Below, one piece after another: positions 8,397 through 18,761 of a DNA stretch of 64,000 nucleotides. Source of the DNA: an uncultured Solirubrobacteraceae bacterium (GTDB lineage Bacteria > Actinomycetota > Thermoleophilia > Solirubrobacterales > Solirubrobacteraceae); NCBI GenBank assembly GCA_963745375.1, contig CAVUXA010000005.1:205909-269908 (forward strand). Direction: 5' to 3'. The number at the start of each line of letters is the position of its first letter. The stretch's first letter is position 1. The translations under genes were made by a program, and so were the position numbers. The notes under the pieces were generated by a model. The model ran no database searches, was not told the DNA's origin, and saw only the letters and a list, made by a program, of their open reading frames with translations.

Positions 8397-10643
8397 ATGT
8401 CGCGGCATGCACGACAGCGCCGGCGAGCTCACAGCCGAGCGGGGCCAGCGCGATTCCTGCTTCTTGGCGGAGGCGCCCTGCTGGTCGCCTTGCTCGTCGG
8501 CGCCATCGCCGCCGTCGCCTACGTCGTGCACGCCGTGCACGGCACACCCGCGCTCGCCTCGCTGCACGCCAAGGTCGGCGGCGGCACCTCCCAGGTATTC
8601 GCCGCCGACGGAACGCCACTCGGCTTCATCCAGTCAGACGAACTGCGCACGCCCGTTAGCTTCAGCGAAATACCCCAGAACCTCAAGAACGCCACCGTCG
8701 CCATCGAGGACCAGCGCTTCTACAAAGACGACGGCATCGACGTCACCGGCATCTTCCGCGCCGCCGTCAAGGACGTCGTCAACGGGCGCGCCCTGCAGGG
8801 AGCCTCCACCATCACCATGCAGCTCGTGCGCAACCTCTACCTCGGCGGCGACGAGCGCACGCTCAAACAGAAGATCTCAGAGGCCAAGCTCGCCATCGAA
8901 TACAACAAACGCCACAGCAAGCGCGCGATCCTCGGCAGCTACCTCAACGACGTCGACTACGGCACGCTCGGCGGACAGACCATGGTCGGCGTGCAGGCCG
9001 CCGCCCGCATCTACTTCGACAAGCCCGTCTCGCATTTGAGCCTCGAGCAGTGCGCACTGCTCGCCGGCCTACCGCAAGCCCCCTCCCAGTACAACCCGTT
9101 CCTCGACTCAGCCGCCGCCATCCAACGGCGCAACGAGGTGCTTGCCAAGATGGCCCAGCTGCACTACATCACCGCCGCCCAGGCCGCCGCCGCCGAACGC
9201 GCGCCCCTGGAGCTGCACCGCGGCAGCTACTACTCAGAACGCAAAGAGGACTTCTTCTTCGAATACGTCCGCCAGCGGCTGATCGAACGCTATGGCGCCA
9301 GGACGGTGCAAGGCGGCGGCCTGAAGGTCTACACCACCATCGACCTCAACATGCAGCGCCTCGCCCGCAAAGCCATCGCCGAAGTGCTCAACCAGCCCGA
9401 AGACCCCGCCGCCGCAGTCGTCACGCTCAACCCCCAAAACGGCGAAATCGAGGCCATGGCCGAGTCAGAGAGCTATGAGAAGTCGCAGTTCAACCTCGCC
9501 GCCGACGGCCACCGCCAGCCCGGCTCCACGTTCAAGGCCATCGACCTCGCAGACGCCCTCTCGCACGGGGTCGATCCAAACAGCACCAACTACCTGTCGC
9601 ACACGCTCGCGCCAGGCTGGCTGGCCAGCGAACCCAAGTACGAAGTCAAGACCTTCGAGGGCACCTCGCTGAACAAATCCATCAACCTCGTCCAGGCCAC
9701 GCTCACCTCCGACAATACCGTCTACGCCCAGCTCGCCGCCGACCTGGGCGAGGAATCCATCACCAAAATGGCCTACGCCATGGGGGTCAAAACCCACCTG
9801 ATCGGCAACCCCGCCCAGGCTCTCGGCGGGCTGGAATACGGGGTCACGCCGCTGGAAATGGCCGACGTCTACTCCACGCTCGCCGACGGCGGCTGGCGCA
9901 ACACGCCCATCGCCATCACCAAGGTCGTCTTCCCCGACGGCCGCGTCGACAACAACTGGGGCAGGCCGCATCGGGTCAAGGTGCTCAGCGAAGCCATCAC
10001 CGGCGAGGAGACCAGCATCCTGCACCAGAACGTGCTCGGCGGCACCGCCGTCAAATCCGTCATCTCCTGCCCCACCGCCGCCAAGACCGGCACCACCTCA
10101 GAACTCGCCGACGCCTGGCTCGACGGCTACAACTCCCAGTACGCCAGCGTCGTCTGGATGGGCTACCCCAACCGTCGCGTCCCCATGACCGACGTCCACG
10201 GCGAACCCCAGCAGGGCGGCGCGCTGCCCGCCGTCATCTGGAAAACGTACATGGGCGCCGTCACCGAAAACCAATCCTGCGCGCCGCTCAACACCTCCAG
10301 CGCCGGCATCGAATACCGGCCGTTCTACGGCAAATACGCCACCACCGGCCAGACGCCCACGCTCACACCGCTCGAACTTTCCACAGCCGAACGGCCCGCC
10401 GTCAAGCGGCTGCCCCACTCGTCCGGTGGCGGCCAGGGCCACCACCACAGCGAACGCGCGATCATCGAAGTCCAGGAAGCGCCCGCGCCAAAAGCCCAGG
10501 AAGCCCCAGCGCCCAAAGCGCAAACACCCGCCACGCCCGGCCGCGAACCCGTCACGCCCACGCCCACACCACCGTCCGGCGGGCCCGGCGGCGGCCAGGG
10601 TGCCGGCGGCACCGGCAACCCCGGCGGCACCGCGCCACCGTAG
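8397..10643 (+). CDS. Class A penicillin-binding protein (transglycosylase/transpeptidase)
   Basis: EDQRF, GASTITMQL, STFK (SxxK), SDN, KTG; Pro-rich tail with a QEAPAPKA repeat. Confidence 0.93.
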   Translation: MSRHARQRRRAHSRAGPARFLLLGGGALLVALLVGAIAAVAYVVHAVHGTPALASLHAKVGGGTSQVFAADGTPLGFIQSDELRTPVSFSEIPQNLKNATVAIEDQRFYKDDGIDVTGIFRAAVKDVVNGRALQGASTITMQLVRNLYLGGDERTLKQKISEAKLAIEYNKRHSKRAILGSYLNDVDYGTLGGQTMVGVQAAARIYFDKPVSHLSLEQCALLAGLPQAPSQYNPFLDSAAAIQRRNEVLAKMAQLHYITAAQAAAAERAPLELHRGSYYSERKEDFFFEYVRQRLIERYGARTVQGGGLKVYTTIDLNMQRLARKAIAEVLNQPEDPAAAVVTLNPQNGEIEAMAESESYEKSQFNLAADGHRQPGSTFKAIDLADALSHGVDPNSTNYLSHTLAPGWLASEPKYEVKTFEGTSLNKSINLVQATLTSDNTVYAQLAADLGEESITKMAYAMGVKTHLIGNPAQALGGLEYGVTPLEMADVYSTLADGGWRNTPIAITKVVFPDGRVDNNWGRPHRVKVLSEAITGEETSILHQNVLGGTAVKSVISCPTAAKTGTTSELADAWLDGYNSQYASVVWMGYPNRRVPMTDVHGEPQQGGALPAVIWKTYMGAVTENQSCAPLNTSSAGIEYRPFYGKYATTGQTPTLTPLELSTAERPAVKRLPHSSGGGQGHHHSERAIIEVQEAPAPKAQEAPAPKAQTPATPGREPVTPTPTPPSGGPGGGQGAGGTGNPGGTAPP

Positions 10644-10684
10644 GCCCGCCAGCGCTGGTAGTTTGATCGCAATAAAGCAAGCGA

Positions 10685-10723
10685 TGGTCACACCCCCGGT
10701 CCCACCGGAGGGTGATGTGACCA
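10685..10723 (+). promoter_or_regulatory. Stem-loop in the infA leader
   Basis: TGGTCACA...TGTGACCA outer stem with inner CCGGT/ACCGG stem, 13 nt before the start codon. Confidence 0.45.
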
Positions 10724-10736
10724 GATGGGATGCGCG

Positions 10737-10955
10737 GTGGCCAAGGAGGACAAGGTCGAATTCGAGGGCGAGGTGATCGAGGCGCTGCCCAACGCCATGT
10801 TCCGGGTCAAGCTGGACAACGATCACATCGTGCTCGGGCACGTTGCCGGCAAGATGCGCCGCTTTCGCATCCGCATCCTCCCCGGCGACCGCGTCCGCTG
10901 CGAGCTGTCCCCCTACGACCTCGACCGCGCCCGGATCGTCTACCGGCATCGTTGA
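10737..10955 (+). CDS. infA: Translation initiation factor IF-1
   Basis: [23 protein letters not shown]...GKMR...ILPGDRV..ELSPYDL. Confidence 0.97.
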   Translation: MAKEDKVEFEGEVIEALPNAMFRVKLDNDHIVLGHVAGKMRRFRIRILPGDRVRCELSPYDLDRARIVYRHR

Positions 10956-10961
10956 CGGGCA

Positions 10962-11951
10962 GTGCAGGCCCGTGAGCGCTCCCTGATCGAATCCATCGCC
11001 GCCGAGCTCGCCCGCTCGCCGGCCGCCCCGCGAGTTTTGCTTGGCATCGGAGACGACGCCGCCGTCGTGCGCGCACGCCCGCTGTGCGTCACCTCCGTCG
11101 ACGCGCTCATAGACGGCGTGCACTTCCGCCTGCGCGAGGGCTGGGCAAGCGCCGCCGACGTCGGACACCGGGCACTCGCCGGCGCGCTGTCAGACATCGC
11201 CGCCATGGGCGCCGACGCCGGCGAGGCCTACCTCGTGCTCGGCCTGCCCGCCGGCTTCTCGCAGGACAGCGCCATGGAGCTGATGGTCGCCGCCAACGCG
11301 CTCGCGCAGGCAAGCGGCGCCGTGATCGCCGGCGGCGACGTGGTGGCCGCTCCCGCGCTGACCGTCGCCGTCACCGCCGTCGGCTGGGCCGAGCGCGAGG
11401 AGGAGCTCGTGGGCCGCAGCGGAGCGTTGCCCGGAGACCTCGTCGGAGTCACCGGCACACTCGGCGCAGCCGGCGCCGCGCTTGCCGTCCTGTCCGGACG
11501 CGCGCCGCGCACGCCCGGCTGCCAGGCCGCGCTCGCGCGCGCCGCAAGCCCCGTTCCACGCCTGCCCGAGGGGCGCGCGCTCGCGCGCGCCGGCGTGCAC
11601 GCCATGATCGACCTGTCCGACGGCCTCGCCACCGACGCCGCGCACCTAGGTCGCGCCAGCGGGGTGTCCCTGCGCCTCCAGCTGCCCGCGCTGCCGTGTG
11701 CCGACGGCGTCGCCGAGGTCGCCGCCGCGCTCGGCCAGGCGCCCTGGCAGTTGGCCGCCGGCGGCGGCGAAGACTACGAGCTGTGCTTCTGCGCCAGCCC
11801 CGCCGATCGCGCACGCGTGGAGCACGCCGTGGACCACTGCGGCAACGTGCACGTCAGCTGGGTCGGGCAGGTCGCCGACGGAGAGCCCGGCGTCGCGCTG
11901 TCAGACGGAGAACACGACGTGCGGATCGAGGGATTCGAGCATCGGTGGTAG
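10962..11951 (+). CDS. thiL: Thiamine-monophosphate kinase
   Basis: GIGDDAA, GVHF, SDIAAMG, DLSDGL, GEDYEL. Confidence 0.93.
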   Translation: MQARERSLIESIAAELARSPAAPRVLLGIGDDAAVVRARPLCVTSVDALIDGVHFRLREGWASAADVGHRALAGALSDIAAMGADAGEAYLVLGLPAGFSQDSAMELMVAANALAQASGAVIAGGDVVAAPALTVAVTAVGWAEREEELVGRSGALPGDLVGVTGTLGAAGAALAVLSGRAPRTPGCQAALARAASPVPRLPEGRALARAGVHAMIDLSDGLATDAAHLGRASGVSLRLQLPALPCADGVAEVAAALGQAPWQLAAGGGEDYELCFCASPADRARVEHAVDHCGNVHVSWVGQVADGEPGVALSDGEHDVRIEGFEHRW

Positions 11952-12764
11952 ATGCCTGTGGCGCCGTCGCGCCCGCGCCACAGGCGCCAGTATCGGTCGC
12001 GCCAGCACGCCGCCCGGCAGCACCCGCGCAGCGCCCTCCGGCACGATGCGCGTAAGCCTCGCGTACACCAGCAGGCGTTTTTCCGCGCTGAACAGCGGCG
12101 TGCACGCCGACAGCACTAGCCGGCTGTAGCCCACCCTGGCCACCGCCGCGCCCACGTCCGTGGGCGCCACCACACGCTGGCTGGTCACCGTGTAGGTGAA
12201 CTGCCCGTAGGGCATGTTCACCTGGATGCGATTGCCGCGCGACAGCAGGTTGATGTTGCGGAAGGGCGCCAGGTAGGTCGTCCGGTGCCCCGCAATCGCC
12301 GTCGTGCCCGCGACCCCCGGGAAGCTTGTTTCCCCGTAGATCCCTGGCCCGCTCTCGAGGTCCTTCGTGTCGGTGCCGTTGACTACCACATAGCTTGCGC
12401 CGATCCGCGGGATCACGATGCGCCCCACCGGGCTGCCGTCGCCCGCACGCCGCCGCAGCTCGCGCGCCAGGAACGTAATCCGCTGACGCTCATCTGCCAG
12501 GCTCGCCAGCGTCCTGCGCTCTGACGGGGTCGGCGCCAAGCGTTCCACGCGGCGCAGTTCCCCGCCCAGGCGATCCTGGCGCAGCAGCGCATACAGCGCC
12601 GAGATCGGCTCCTGCCAGACCAGAGTCACGCCCGCGTCGACTAGCAGCAGGACCCCCAGAGCGATCATCACCACCGCCAGCGCGCGCACGCCGCGAGAGC
12701 CCCACGAGCGTCCGCCGGCCACGCCGCTGGGCGCCGGACCGGGAGTGATGATGACGTTGGGCAT
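11901..12764 (-). CDS. Class E sortase
   Basis: [18 protein letters not shown]...R catalytic triad. Confidence 0.88.
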   Translation of the reverse strand: MPNVIITPGPAPSGVAGGRSWGSRGVRALAVVMIALGVLLLVDAGVTLVWQEPISALYALLRQDRLGGELRRVERLAPTPSERRTLASLADERQRITFLARELRRRAGDGSPVGRIVIPRIGASYVVVNGTDTKDLESGPGIYGETSFPGVAGTTAIAGHRTTYLAPFRNINLLSRGNRIQVNMPYGQFTYTVTSQRVVAPTDVGAAVARVGYSRLVLSACTPLFSAEKRLLVYARLTRIVPEGAARVLPGGVLARPILAPVARARRRHRHLPPMLESLDPHVVFSV

Positions 12765-12770
12765 GTCTCG

Positions 12771-14600
12771 TTATCGTCGCAGAGCCGACTCGGTACCACC
12801 GAGCGACCCCGGCCCCGCGTATGACATCGGGCCTCGGATCGTCACCTCTACGCCGTCGGCCACACGCGCGTCCGCCAGCGGCGCCCGCGGCATCGCCGCC
12901 AGCATCGTCGCGCCCGCCGCGCAGCCCAGCGCCGCGCTCCACAAGATCGCGCTGGCGAACGCCACGTGCCCGCCCGCCAGCAGCAGTACTGCGGTCCAGG
13001 CCACGCCGCCCACGCCCAGGCCCAGCTGGTGCGCGTAGAAGGCGACCAGCGCCGCCAGCGGAAGCACGCCCACCGCAACCAACGCAAGCGCCCCCGCGCG
13101 CCCCACGCGCCGGTCGATCTCCAGGCGCAGCGGCGACGCGAGCACCAGCCACAGATGCAACGCAGGCAGTGCCAGCAGCGCCGCGAACGGGTTGCCCACC
13201 CACACAACCACGCACACCGAGAGCGCCACCGCCAGCATCGACAGGCCCGCCACTTCGGGGTCCGGACGCTCGCCCCAGCCCGCGCGGCGGACGAGCACGC
13301 CCCACGACAGCCATGCCAGCGCCAGCGTGAGCACGACCGCCACCACCGCCACCACCGCCTTGACGTCGAGGGGCAGGGCGCTCGGCAGGACTGGCACCGA
13401 CGGGGCCGCTCCGAGGATGCCCGACAGCCCGAGCAGGTATACGAACACCGCGCAGCCCAAAAACGGAAGCGCGCAACTGCACGTCCACAGCGTCCAGCGC
13501 CCCACCGGCGCGCGCCGCCGGCGCGCGCGCGCAAGCCCGTCCATGACCGCCACCAGGGCGGGGATCAGCAGCGCGATCACCAGCAGCCGCAGCGCCCATC
13601 CAGGCATCGTCTTGCGCTGGATCGGCGTGCTCGAGTCCATCGCCTGCGACACGTCCGGCGCATTGTCCAGCGCGTCCACCGCGTTGAGCACCGCGCGCCC
13701 GAAGCCCTGCAGTCGTTGCGCGCTCACCGGCTCGCTCGGCGAGGGCCCGCGTTCGCCCGACACCTGCACCAGCACCGCCGGCAGGCCGGCCGCGTCGAGC
13801 ACGCCCTGCTCGCCGACCGCCAGCGGAAAGGCGAGGTGCGCCAGCTGCCCGAGCGTGCTCGGCGCGCCCGGATCCACGCCTGTCTCGCCCGCGATCGCGC
13901 TCTCCACCGTGCGCTGCAGCGCCAGCGGCGCCGAGCCCACGCCATCCGAGTAGGGCAGCACGACTGGCCTGCTCGTGCGCGTGCCAGCCAGATCGCCCAG
14001 CACAATCGCCGCGTCGAACGGTCCGTGACCGCCGCCTGTCGCGGCGATGCCCCCGCCAGCCAGCTGGGCTGCCCCCGCGTCGCCGCCGCTGCCTCCGCTG
14101 GTCGACGCCAGCACAATCGTGCGCTTGGTCTCGCGCGCCGCGAATACGCGTGCCAACTCCAGCAGCGCCGCCGTGCCCGACAGTTCCGCCGCCGACCCCG
14201 CAGCCGCCGCGTCGCGGTGTGCCACGATCAGGATCGGCGTTGCGTCCGTCGATCCGGGGCGCTGGGCGATGACCGTGCTCAGCGTGCGCTCGCCTTCGAT
14301 CGTCTGGCCGCTGACGCGTTGCGTGCGCACCGTAAAGCCGCCCCCCACCGCACCGCCGAGCCCTTCCAGCGCCCGTGCTACGTGTTCCGCCAGCGCTTCG
14401 TCGCCCGCGCTGCCCGGGCGCCTGTCGGGATAGGCCGCCTCCAGGCCCTTCAGGTCGGCCATCGCGCGTTCGCCTTCAAACGCTTCCGGCGCCAGCGTCG
14501 AGCTGAACGGCGCTGGGCGTCCCTGCAGCGAGAACGCCGCCACGGCCAACCCAAACAGGAACGGCACGAACGCCGCGCGGTACAGACGCCAGTTGATCAT
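12771..14600 (-). CDS. M28 peptidase-like membrane protein
   Basis: N-terminal M28 fold (RRPGS, IVAHRD, SGTAALLELAR) with degenerate metal ligands; multi-TM C-terminus. Confidence 0.65.
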   Translation of the reverse strand: MINWRLYRAAFVPFLFGLAVAAFSLQGRPAPFSSTLAPEAFEGERAMADLKGLEAAYPDRRPGSAGDEALAEHVARALEGLGGAVGGGFTVRTQRVSGQTIEGERTLSTVIAQRPGSTDATPILIVAHRDAAAAGSAAELSGTAALLELARVFAARETKRTIVLASTSGGSGGDAGAAQLAGGGIAATGGGHGPFDAAIVLGDLAGTRTSRPVVLPYSDGVGSAPLALQRTVESAIAGETGVDPGAPSTLGQLAHLAFPLAVGEQGVLDAAGLPAVLVQVSGERGPSPSEPVSAQRLQGFGRAVLNAVDALDNAPDVSQAMDSSTPIQRKTMPGWALRLLVIALLIPALVAVMDGLARARRRRAPVGRWTLWTCSCALPFLGCAVFVYLLGLSGILGAAPSVPVLPSALPLDVKAVVAVVAVVLTLALAWLSWGVLVRRAGWGERPDPEVAGLSMLAVALSVCVVVWVGNPFAALLALPALHLWLVLASPLRLEIDRRVGRAGALALVAVGVLPLAALVAFYAHQLGLGVGGVAWTAVLLLAGGHVAFASAILWSAALGCAAGATMLAAMPRAPLADARVADGVEVTIRGPMSYAGPGSLGGTESALRR

Positions 14601-14671
14601 TGGCTAGACCATAGTCCCGCAGCCGGTCCGCGCGCACGCTTGCGCGCACGGTTTAGGTATCGTGCCGCCGC

Positions 14672-15907
14672 GTGCTCCAGCCCGTCGCCGTAGGTCACAA
14701 GACGCTCGCCGACTACACGCACATCTGCGGTCGGGACCTGATCGCCGAGATCAAGGAGCTGGCCGAGCCGCTGAAGGGCCAGCGCGTCGTGCACATCTCC
14801 GCAACCGCGTTCGGCGGAGGCGTCTCTGAGATCCTTTACACGCTCGTGCCGCTGATGCGCGACGTCGGCCTGGACTGTGAGTGGCAGGTGATCTACGGAC
14901 GCGAAGAGTTCTTCAACGCGACCAAGCTCATGCACAACGCCCTGCAGGGCGCCCCCCAGGATCTCGACGAGGAGCAGTGGGCGACATGGCGGCGCTACAA
15001 CGAGATCAACGCGCGCGAGCTGACCGGAGGCTGGGACGTCTGCCTGGTCCACGACCCGCAGCCGGCGGCCCTGTGCCAGCTGGTGCCCGAGAAGGCCAAG
15101 GGCTGGATCTGGCGCTGCCACATCGACGTCTCCACCCCAAACCCCGACACGATCGCCCAGTTGCTGCCCTATATCCAGCAGTATCCCGAGTCGCTGTTTC
15201 ACATGCGCGACTACGTGCCCGCCGGCATGCGCGGCCACGTCAACGTGGTGCCGCCCGCGATCGACCCGCTGACGCCCAAGAACATGGCGCTGTCGCCCGA
15301 AGACGGGGCATTCGTGTGCGGGCAGTTCGGCATCGACATCGACCGCCCGCTGATGTGCCAGGTCTCGCGCTTTGATCCCTGGAAGGACCCGCTCGGGGTA
15401 ATCGACGCCTACCGCCTGGTCAAGGAGGAGATGCCCGACGTGCAACTCGCGCTGGTCGGCTCGATGGCCTCAGACGACCCCGAGGGCTGGGACTTCTTCA
15501 ACGCCACCATCGCCCACGCCGACGGCGACCCCGACATACACATCCTCAACAACTTCAACAACGTCGGCGCGATCGAGGTCAACGCCTTCCAGTCGCACTC
15601 TGACGTGCTCATCCAGAAGTCCACCCGCGAGGGCTTCGGGCTGACCGTAACCGAGGCCATCTGGAAGGCCCGTCCGTTCATCGGCGGCAACGTCGGCGGC
15701 ATACCGCTGCAGATCGAGGACACCGTCACCGGATTTCTCGTCTCCAGCGTCGAGCAGTGCGCGCAGCGCTCGCTGGAGGTCCTGCGCGACCCCGAGCTCG
15801 GGCGGTCGCTGGGCCGGCGCGGCAAGGAGCACGTGCGCCAGCACTTCCTCACGCCGCGCTACTTGCGCGATTATCTGAAGATCTTCACCGAGCTCGCCAA
15901 GGCATGA
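14672..15907 (+). CDS. treT: Trehalose glycosyl-transferring synthase (GT4, TreT-like)
   Basis: GGGVSEIL, HDPQP, WRCHID, QVSRFDPWKD, EGFGLTVTEA. Confidence 0.88.
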   Translation: MLQPVAVGHKTLADYTHICGRDLIAEIKELAEPLKGQRVVHISATAFGGGVSEILYTLVPLMRDVGLDCEWQVIYGREEFFNATKLMHNALQGAPQDLDEEQWATWRRYNEINARELTGGWDVCLVHDPQPAALCQLVPEKAKGWIWRCHIDVSTPNPDTIAQLLPYIQQYPESLFHMRDYVPAGMRGHVNVVPPAIDPLTPKNMALSPEDGAFVCGQFGIDIDRPLMCQVSRFDPWKDPLGVIDAYRLVKEEMPDVQLALVGSMASDDPEGWDFFNATIAHADGDPDIHILNNFNNVGAIEVNAFQSHSDVLIQKSTREGFGLTVTEAIWKARPFIGGNVGGIPLQIEDTVTGFLVSSVEQCAQRSLEVLRDPELGRSLGRRGKEHVRQHFLTPRYLRDYLKIFTELAKA

Positions 15908-17373
15908 GCAACACGCCGGCACAGCGGGCTCCGCTGGTGCTGGTGAGCAACCGCGGGCCGGTCACCTTCCAGGCGCACGGCGAGGTGCAGCGCGGCTCGG
16001 GGGGGCTAGTCACGGCGCTGACCGGCCTTGCTTCTCACCGCGACGCGATCTGGATCGCGTCGGCCATGAGCGACTACGACGCCGAGGTCTCGCGCGCCAA
16101 CGGCGGCCGCGCCTTTCCCGTCAGCGCCCCAGGTGGCGGCGACTATCAGGTGCGCCTGGTGGTCAGCGACCCCGACGCCTACGACCGCTTCTACAACGTG
16201 TTCGCCAACCCCATGCTGTGGTTCATCCAGCACTACCTGTGGGACCTGTCCAACGCGCCCGACATTCGCCGCGAGGAGATCGAGGCATTCGAGTTCGGCT
16301 ACAACGTCGTCAACGAGGACCTCGCCAAAGCGGTCGTCGAGGAGCTCGAGGGCGACTCAGAGCCGGTCGTGATGGTCCACGACTATCACTTGTACACGCT
16401 GCCCGATCTCGTGCGCAGGGCCCGTCCAGATGCGTTCCTGCACCACTTCATCCACATTCCTTGGACCCAGCCAGACGCCTGGCGGGTGCTGCCCTCGCGC
16501 ATCCGCCAGGAGATCTTTGCGGGCCTGCTGGCCAACGACATCGTCGGCTTTCACACCCGTTCCTACCGTCACAACTTCCTGCAGTGCTGCCGCGACCTGA
16601 TGGACCTCGACGTGGACTTCGACGAGGGCGTCGTCCACTTTCGCGAACGCGAGGTGTGGGTAAGGGCCTACCCGCTGCCGATCGACCACCGCGCCACTTG
16701 CCAAATCGCCCAGGGCGAGCGAGTGGCGCGCTTTGAGGAGGAGCTCCTGCGCCGCCGCCGCGACTTTTTGATCCTGCGCGTCGACCGCGCCGACCTGTCC
16801 AAGAACGTGCTGCGCGGGTTCTCCGCCTTCGACCTGTTCCTGGAGCAGCACCCCGAGTTCTCCGAGCGGGTCACGTTCATGGCCCAGCTGATGCCGTCGC
16901 GCACCGACGTGCCGCAGTACGCCGAGTACCTCGAACGCATCGAGGCTCTCGTGGCCGTGGTCAACCATCGCCATGGAACCCCCGACTGGATGCCCATCCA
17001 GCTGAAGCTGCGCGACGACCTCGACGAGGCGCTCGCCGCCTACAAGCACTACGACGTGCTGCTCGTCAACGCCATGTTCGACGGGATGAACCTGGTCGCC
17101 AAGGAGGGGCCACTGATCAACGAGCGCGAGGGCGTGTCGATCCTGTCCGAGAACACCGGCGCACACGAGGAGCTCGGGCAGTACGCGCTGTCGGTCAACC
17201 CGTTCGACATCCAGGAGCTCGCCAACTCGATCTACGCCGCGCTGACCATGAAGCCCGCCGAGCGCCGGCGGCGGGCTGCCGGCCTGGCGCAGATCGTCAC
17301 CTCGCGCGACCCCGGCGACTGGGTCGACGAGCAGCTGGCCGACATCCGCGCCAAGGCACTAGGCGGCCGATAG
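15904..17373 (+). CDS. otsA: Trehalose-6-phosphate synthase (GT20)
   Basis: VSNRGP, GGLV, VHDYHL, HIPW, DGMNLVAKE. Confidence 0.88.
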   Translation: MSNTPAQRAPLVLVSNRGPVTFQAHGEVQRGSGGLVTALTGLASHRDAIWIASAMSDYDAEVSRANGGRAFPVSAPGGGDYQVRLVVSDPDAYDRFYNVFANPMLWFIQHYLWDLSNAPDIRREEIEAFEFGYNVVNEDLAKAVVEELEGDSEPVVMVHDYHLYTLPDLVRRARPDAFLHHFIHIPWTQPDAWRVLPSRIRQEIFAGLLANDIVGFHTRSYRHNFLQCCRDLMDLDVDFDEGVVHFREREVWVRAYPLPIDHRATCQIAQGERVARFEEELLRRRRDFLILRVDRADLSKNVLRGFSAFDLFLEQHPEFSERVTFMAQLMPSRTDVPQYAEYLERIEALVAVVNHRHGTPDWMPIQLKLRDDLDEALAAYKHYDVLLVNAMFDGMNLVAKEGPLINEREGVSILSENTGAHEELGQYALSVNPFDIQELANSIYAALTMKPAERRRRAAGLAQIVTSRDPGDWVDEQLADIRAKALGGR

Positions 17374-17461
17374 GCGGCGCGATGCCGCGTCCTCGCTCGC
17401 TCGCGTGCCAAGCACGCCACGCTCGCTGCGTCCTTGCCTCACTTGCCTCTCGGCCGTCTAG
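17359..17461. repeat. Palindromic intergenic repeat, copy 1
   Basis: 50-bp core 17387-17436 matches 21704-21753 at 47/50; outer stem CTAGGCGGCCGA/TCGGCCGTCTAG. Confidence 0.8.
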
Positions 17462-17497
17462 GTGTTGTCGACCCGCTACTCTGTCGGCTTCCAGCGC

Positions 17498-17932
17498 ATG
17501 ACCCTGCCCGCACCCACATACGACCTGATGCTCCTGCTGGACCTGCAGGCCGAGGAGGCGTCGCGCGCGAAGATCGTCGCCGACGCGCGCGCCGCGATCG
17601 AGGCCCAAGGCGAGCTCGTGCGCTACGACCAGTGGGGCGAGCGGCCGCTCGCCTACCCGATCGAGCGCAAGTCCAGCGCCGAGTACCACCTGTTGCAGTT
17701 CCACGCCGGCACGAGCGACCTGCTCGCCGGGCTGGACCGCTCGCTGCGGATCACCGACGGCATCCTGCGCTTTCGCATCGTCAAGCTCAAGCCCGGCGTG
17801 CCCGACGCGCCCAGCGTGCCTGCCGCCGTGACCACCGCGCGGGCCGACGAGCCCGAGGCGAGCGAGCAACAGATCCCAGCGGGCCCCGAGGCCCAGGCCG
17901 ACGCCGAGCTGCCCGTCGGCGAGCCCGCATAA
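17498..17932 (+). CDS. rpsF: 30S ribosomal protein S6
   Basis: YDLMLLLD...WGERPLAYPI...LRITDGILR. Confidence 0.92.
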   Translation: MTLPAPTYDLMLLLDLQAEEASRAKIVADARAAIEAQGELVRYDQWGERPLAYPIERKSSAEYHLLQFHAGTSDLLAGLDRSLRITDGILRFRIVKLKPGVPDAPSVPAAVTTARADEPEASEQQIPAGPEAQADAELPVGEPA

Positions 17933-17971
17933 AGACCCGCGGCCACCGCGCGGGCGTAATAAGATCGCTCA

Positions 17972-18643
17972 ATGGGTTGGGCCGAGGACACACCGGGTGG
18001 GCCGGCGAGCAGGACCGACGTGCTGCGCGCGTCGCCGCCGATGTTCGAGTCCAGGGTGCTGGACGCGTTCACCCGTGTGCACCCGGTCATCCCGGTAGTT
18101 ATCTTCGTACCCGCCATCGTCGCCCTGGCCGCCTGGGACCTCTCGCAGGTAGGCGTGCCCGCGGCAATCGGCCTGGCCGGCGGCGGTTATGCCCTGTGGA
18201 CGCTGTTCGAGTACTGGCTGCACAGGCTCGTCTTCCACTTTGAACCACAGGAGGGGCTGGGCGCGCGCATGCACTGGATCATCCACGGCGTCCACCACGA
18301 CCACCCCAACGACCCCATGCGCCTGGTCATGCCGCCCGCTGTCAGCGTCCCGCTCGCAGCGGCGGTGTTCGGGCTGCTGTACCTGGCCTTCGGCGTCAGC
18401 TACGCGCCCGGCCTGGGCGCCGGGTTCTTCGCCGGCTACCTCGTGTACGACATGATGCACTACTACCTGCACCACTTCCGCCCACGCGGGCCGCTGGGAC
18501 GGATGCTGCGCGAGCGCCACATGCGCCATCACTTCCAGGACGAGACGCGCGGCTTCGGGATCAGCGCGCCCTACTGGGACGAGGTCTTTCGCACCTCTCC
18601 GCGCGCCAAGGGGCCGTCAACCCCGAAGCGATCCTCGCAATGA
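17972..18643 (+). CDS. Fatty acid 2-hydroxylase / sterol desaturase family protein
   Basis: His boxes EYWLHRLVFH, HGVHHDHP, HYYLHH, HMRHH; RLVMPP. Confidence 0.88.
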   Translation: MGWAEDTPGGPASRTDVLRASPPMFESRVLDAFTRVHPVIPVVIFVPAIVALAAWDLSQVGVPAAIGLAGGGYALWTLFEYWLHRLVFHFEPQEGLGARMHWIIHGVHHDHPNDPMRLVMPPAVSVPLAAAVFGLLYLAFGVSYAPGLGAGFFAGYLVYDMMHYYLHHFRPRGPLGRMLRERHMRHHFQDETRGFGISAPYWDEVFRTSPRAKGPSTPKRSSQ

Positions 18644-18761
18644 GCGCGTTCGCGCCGGCGCCGCGCAGTTGCGGTCGGCGGGCGGGTCTAGACTCGAAGT
18701 CAAAGTCCGGACGCCGACAGGAGCCGCAGCGGACGAGAACAAGCTGAAAGGAAGAACAGCC

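Noticed and set aside
17462-17497. Possible S6:S18 autoregulatory leader upstream of rpsF
   Set aside because: Only a weak hairpin is visible and I cannot match the consensus by eye; it needs an Infernal search.
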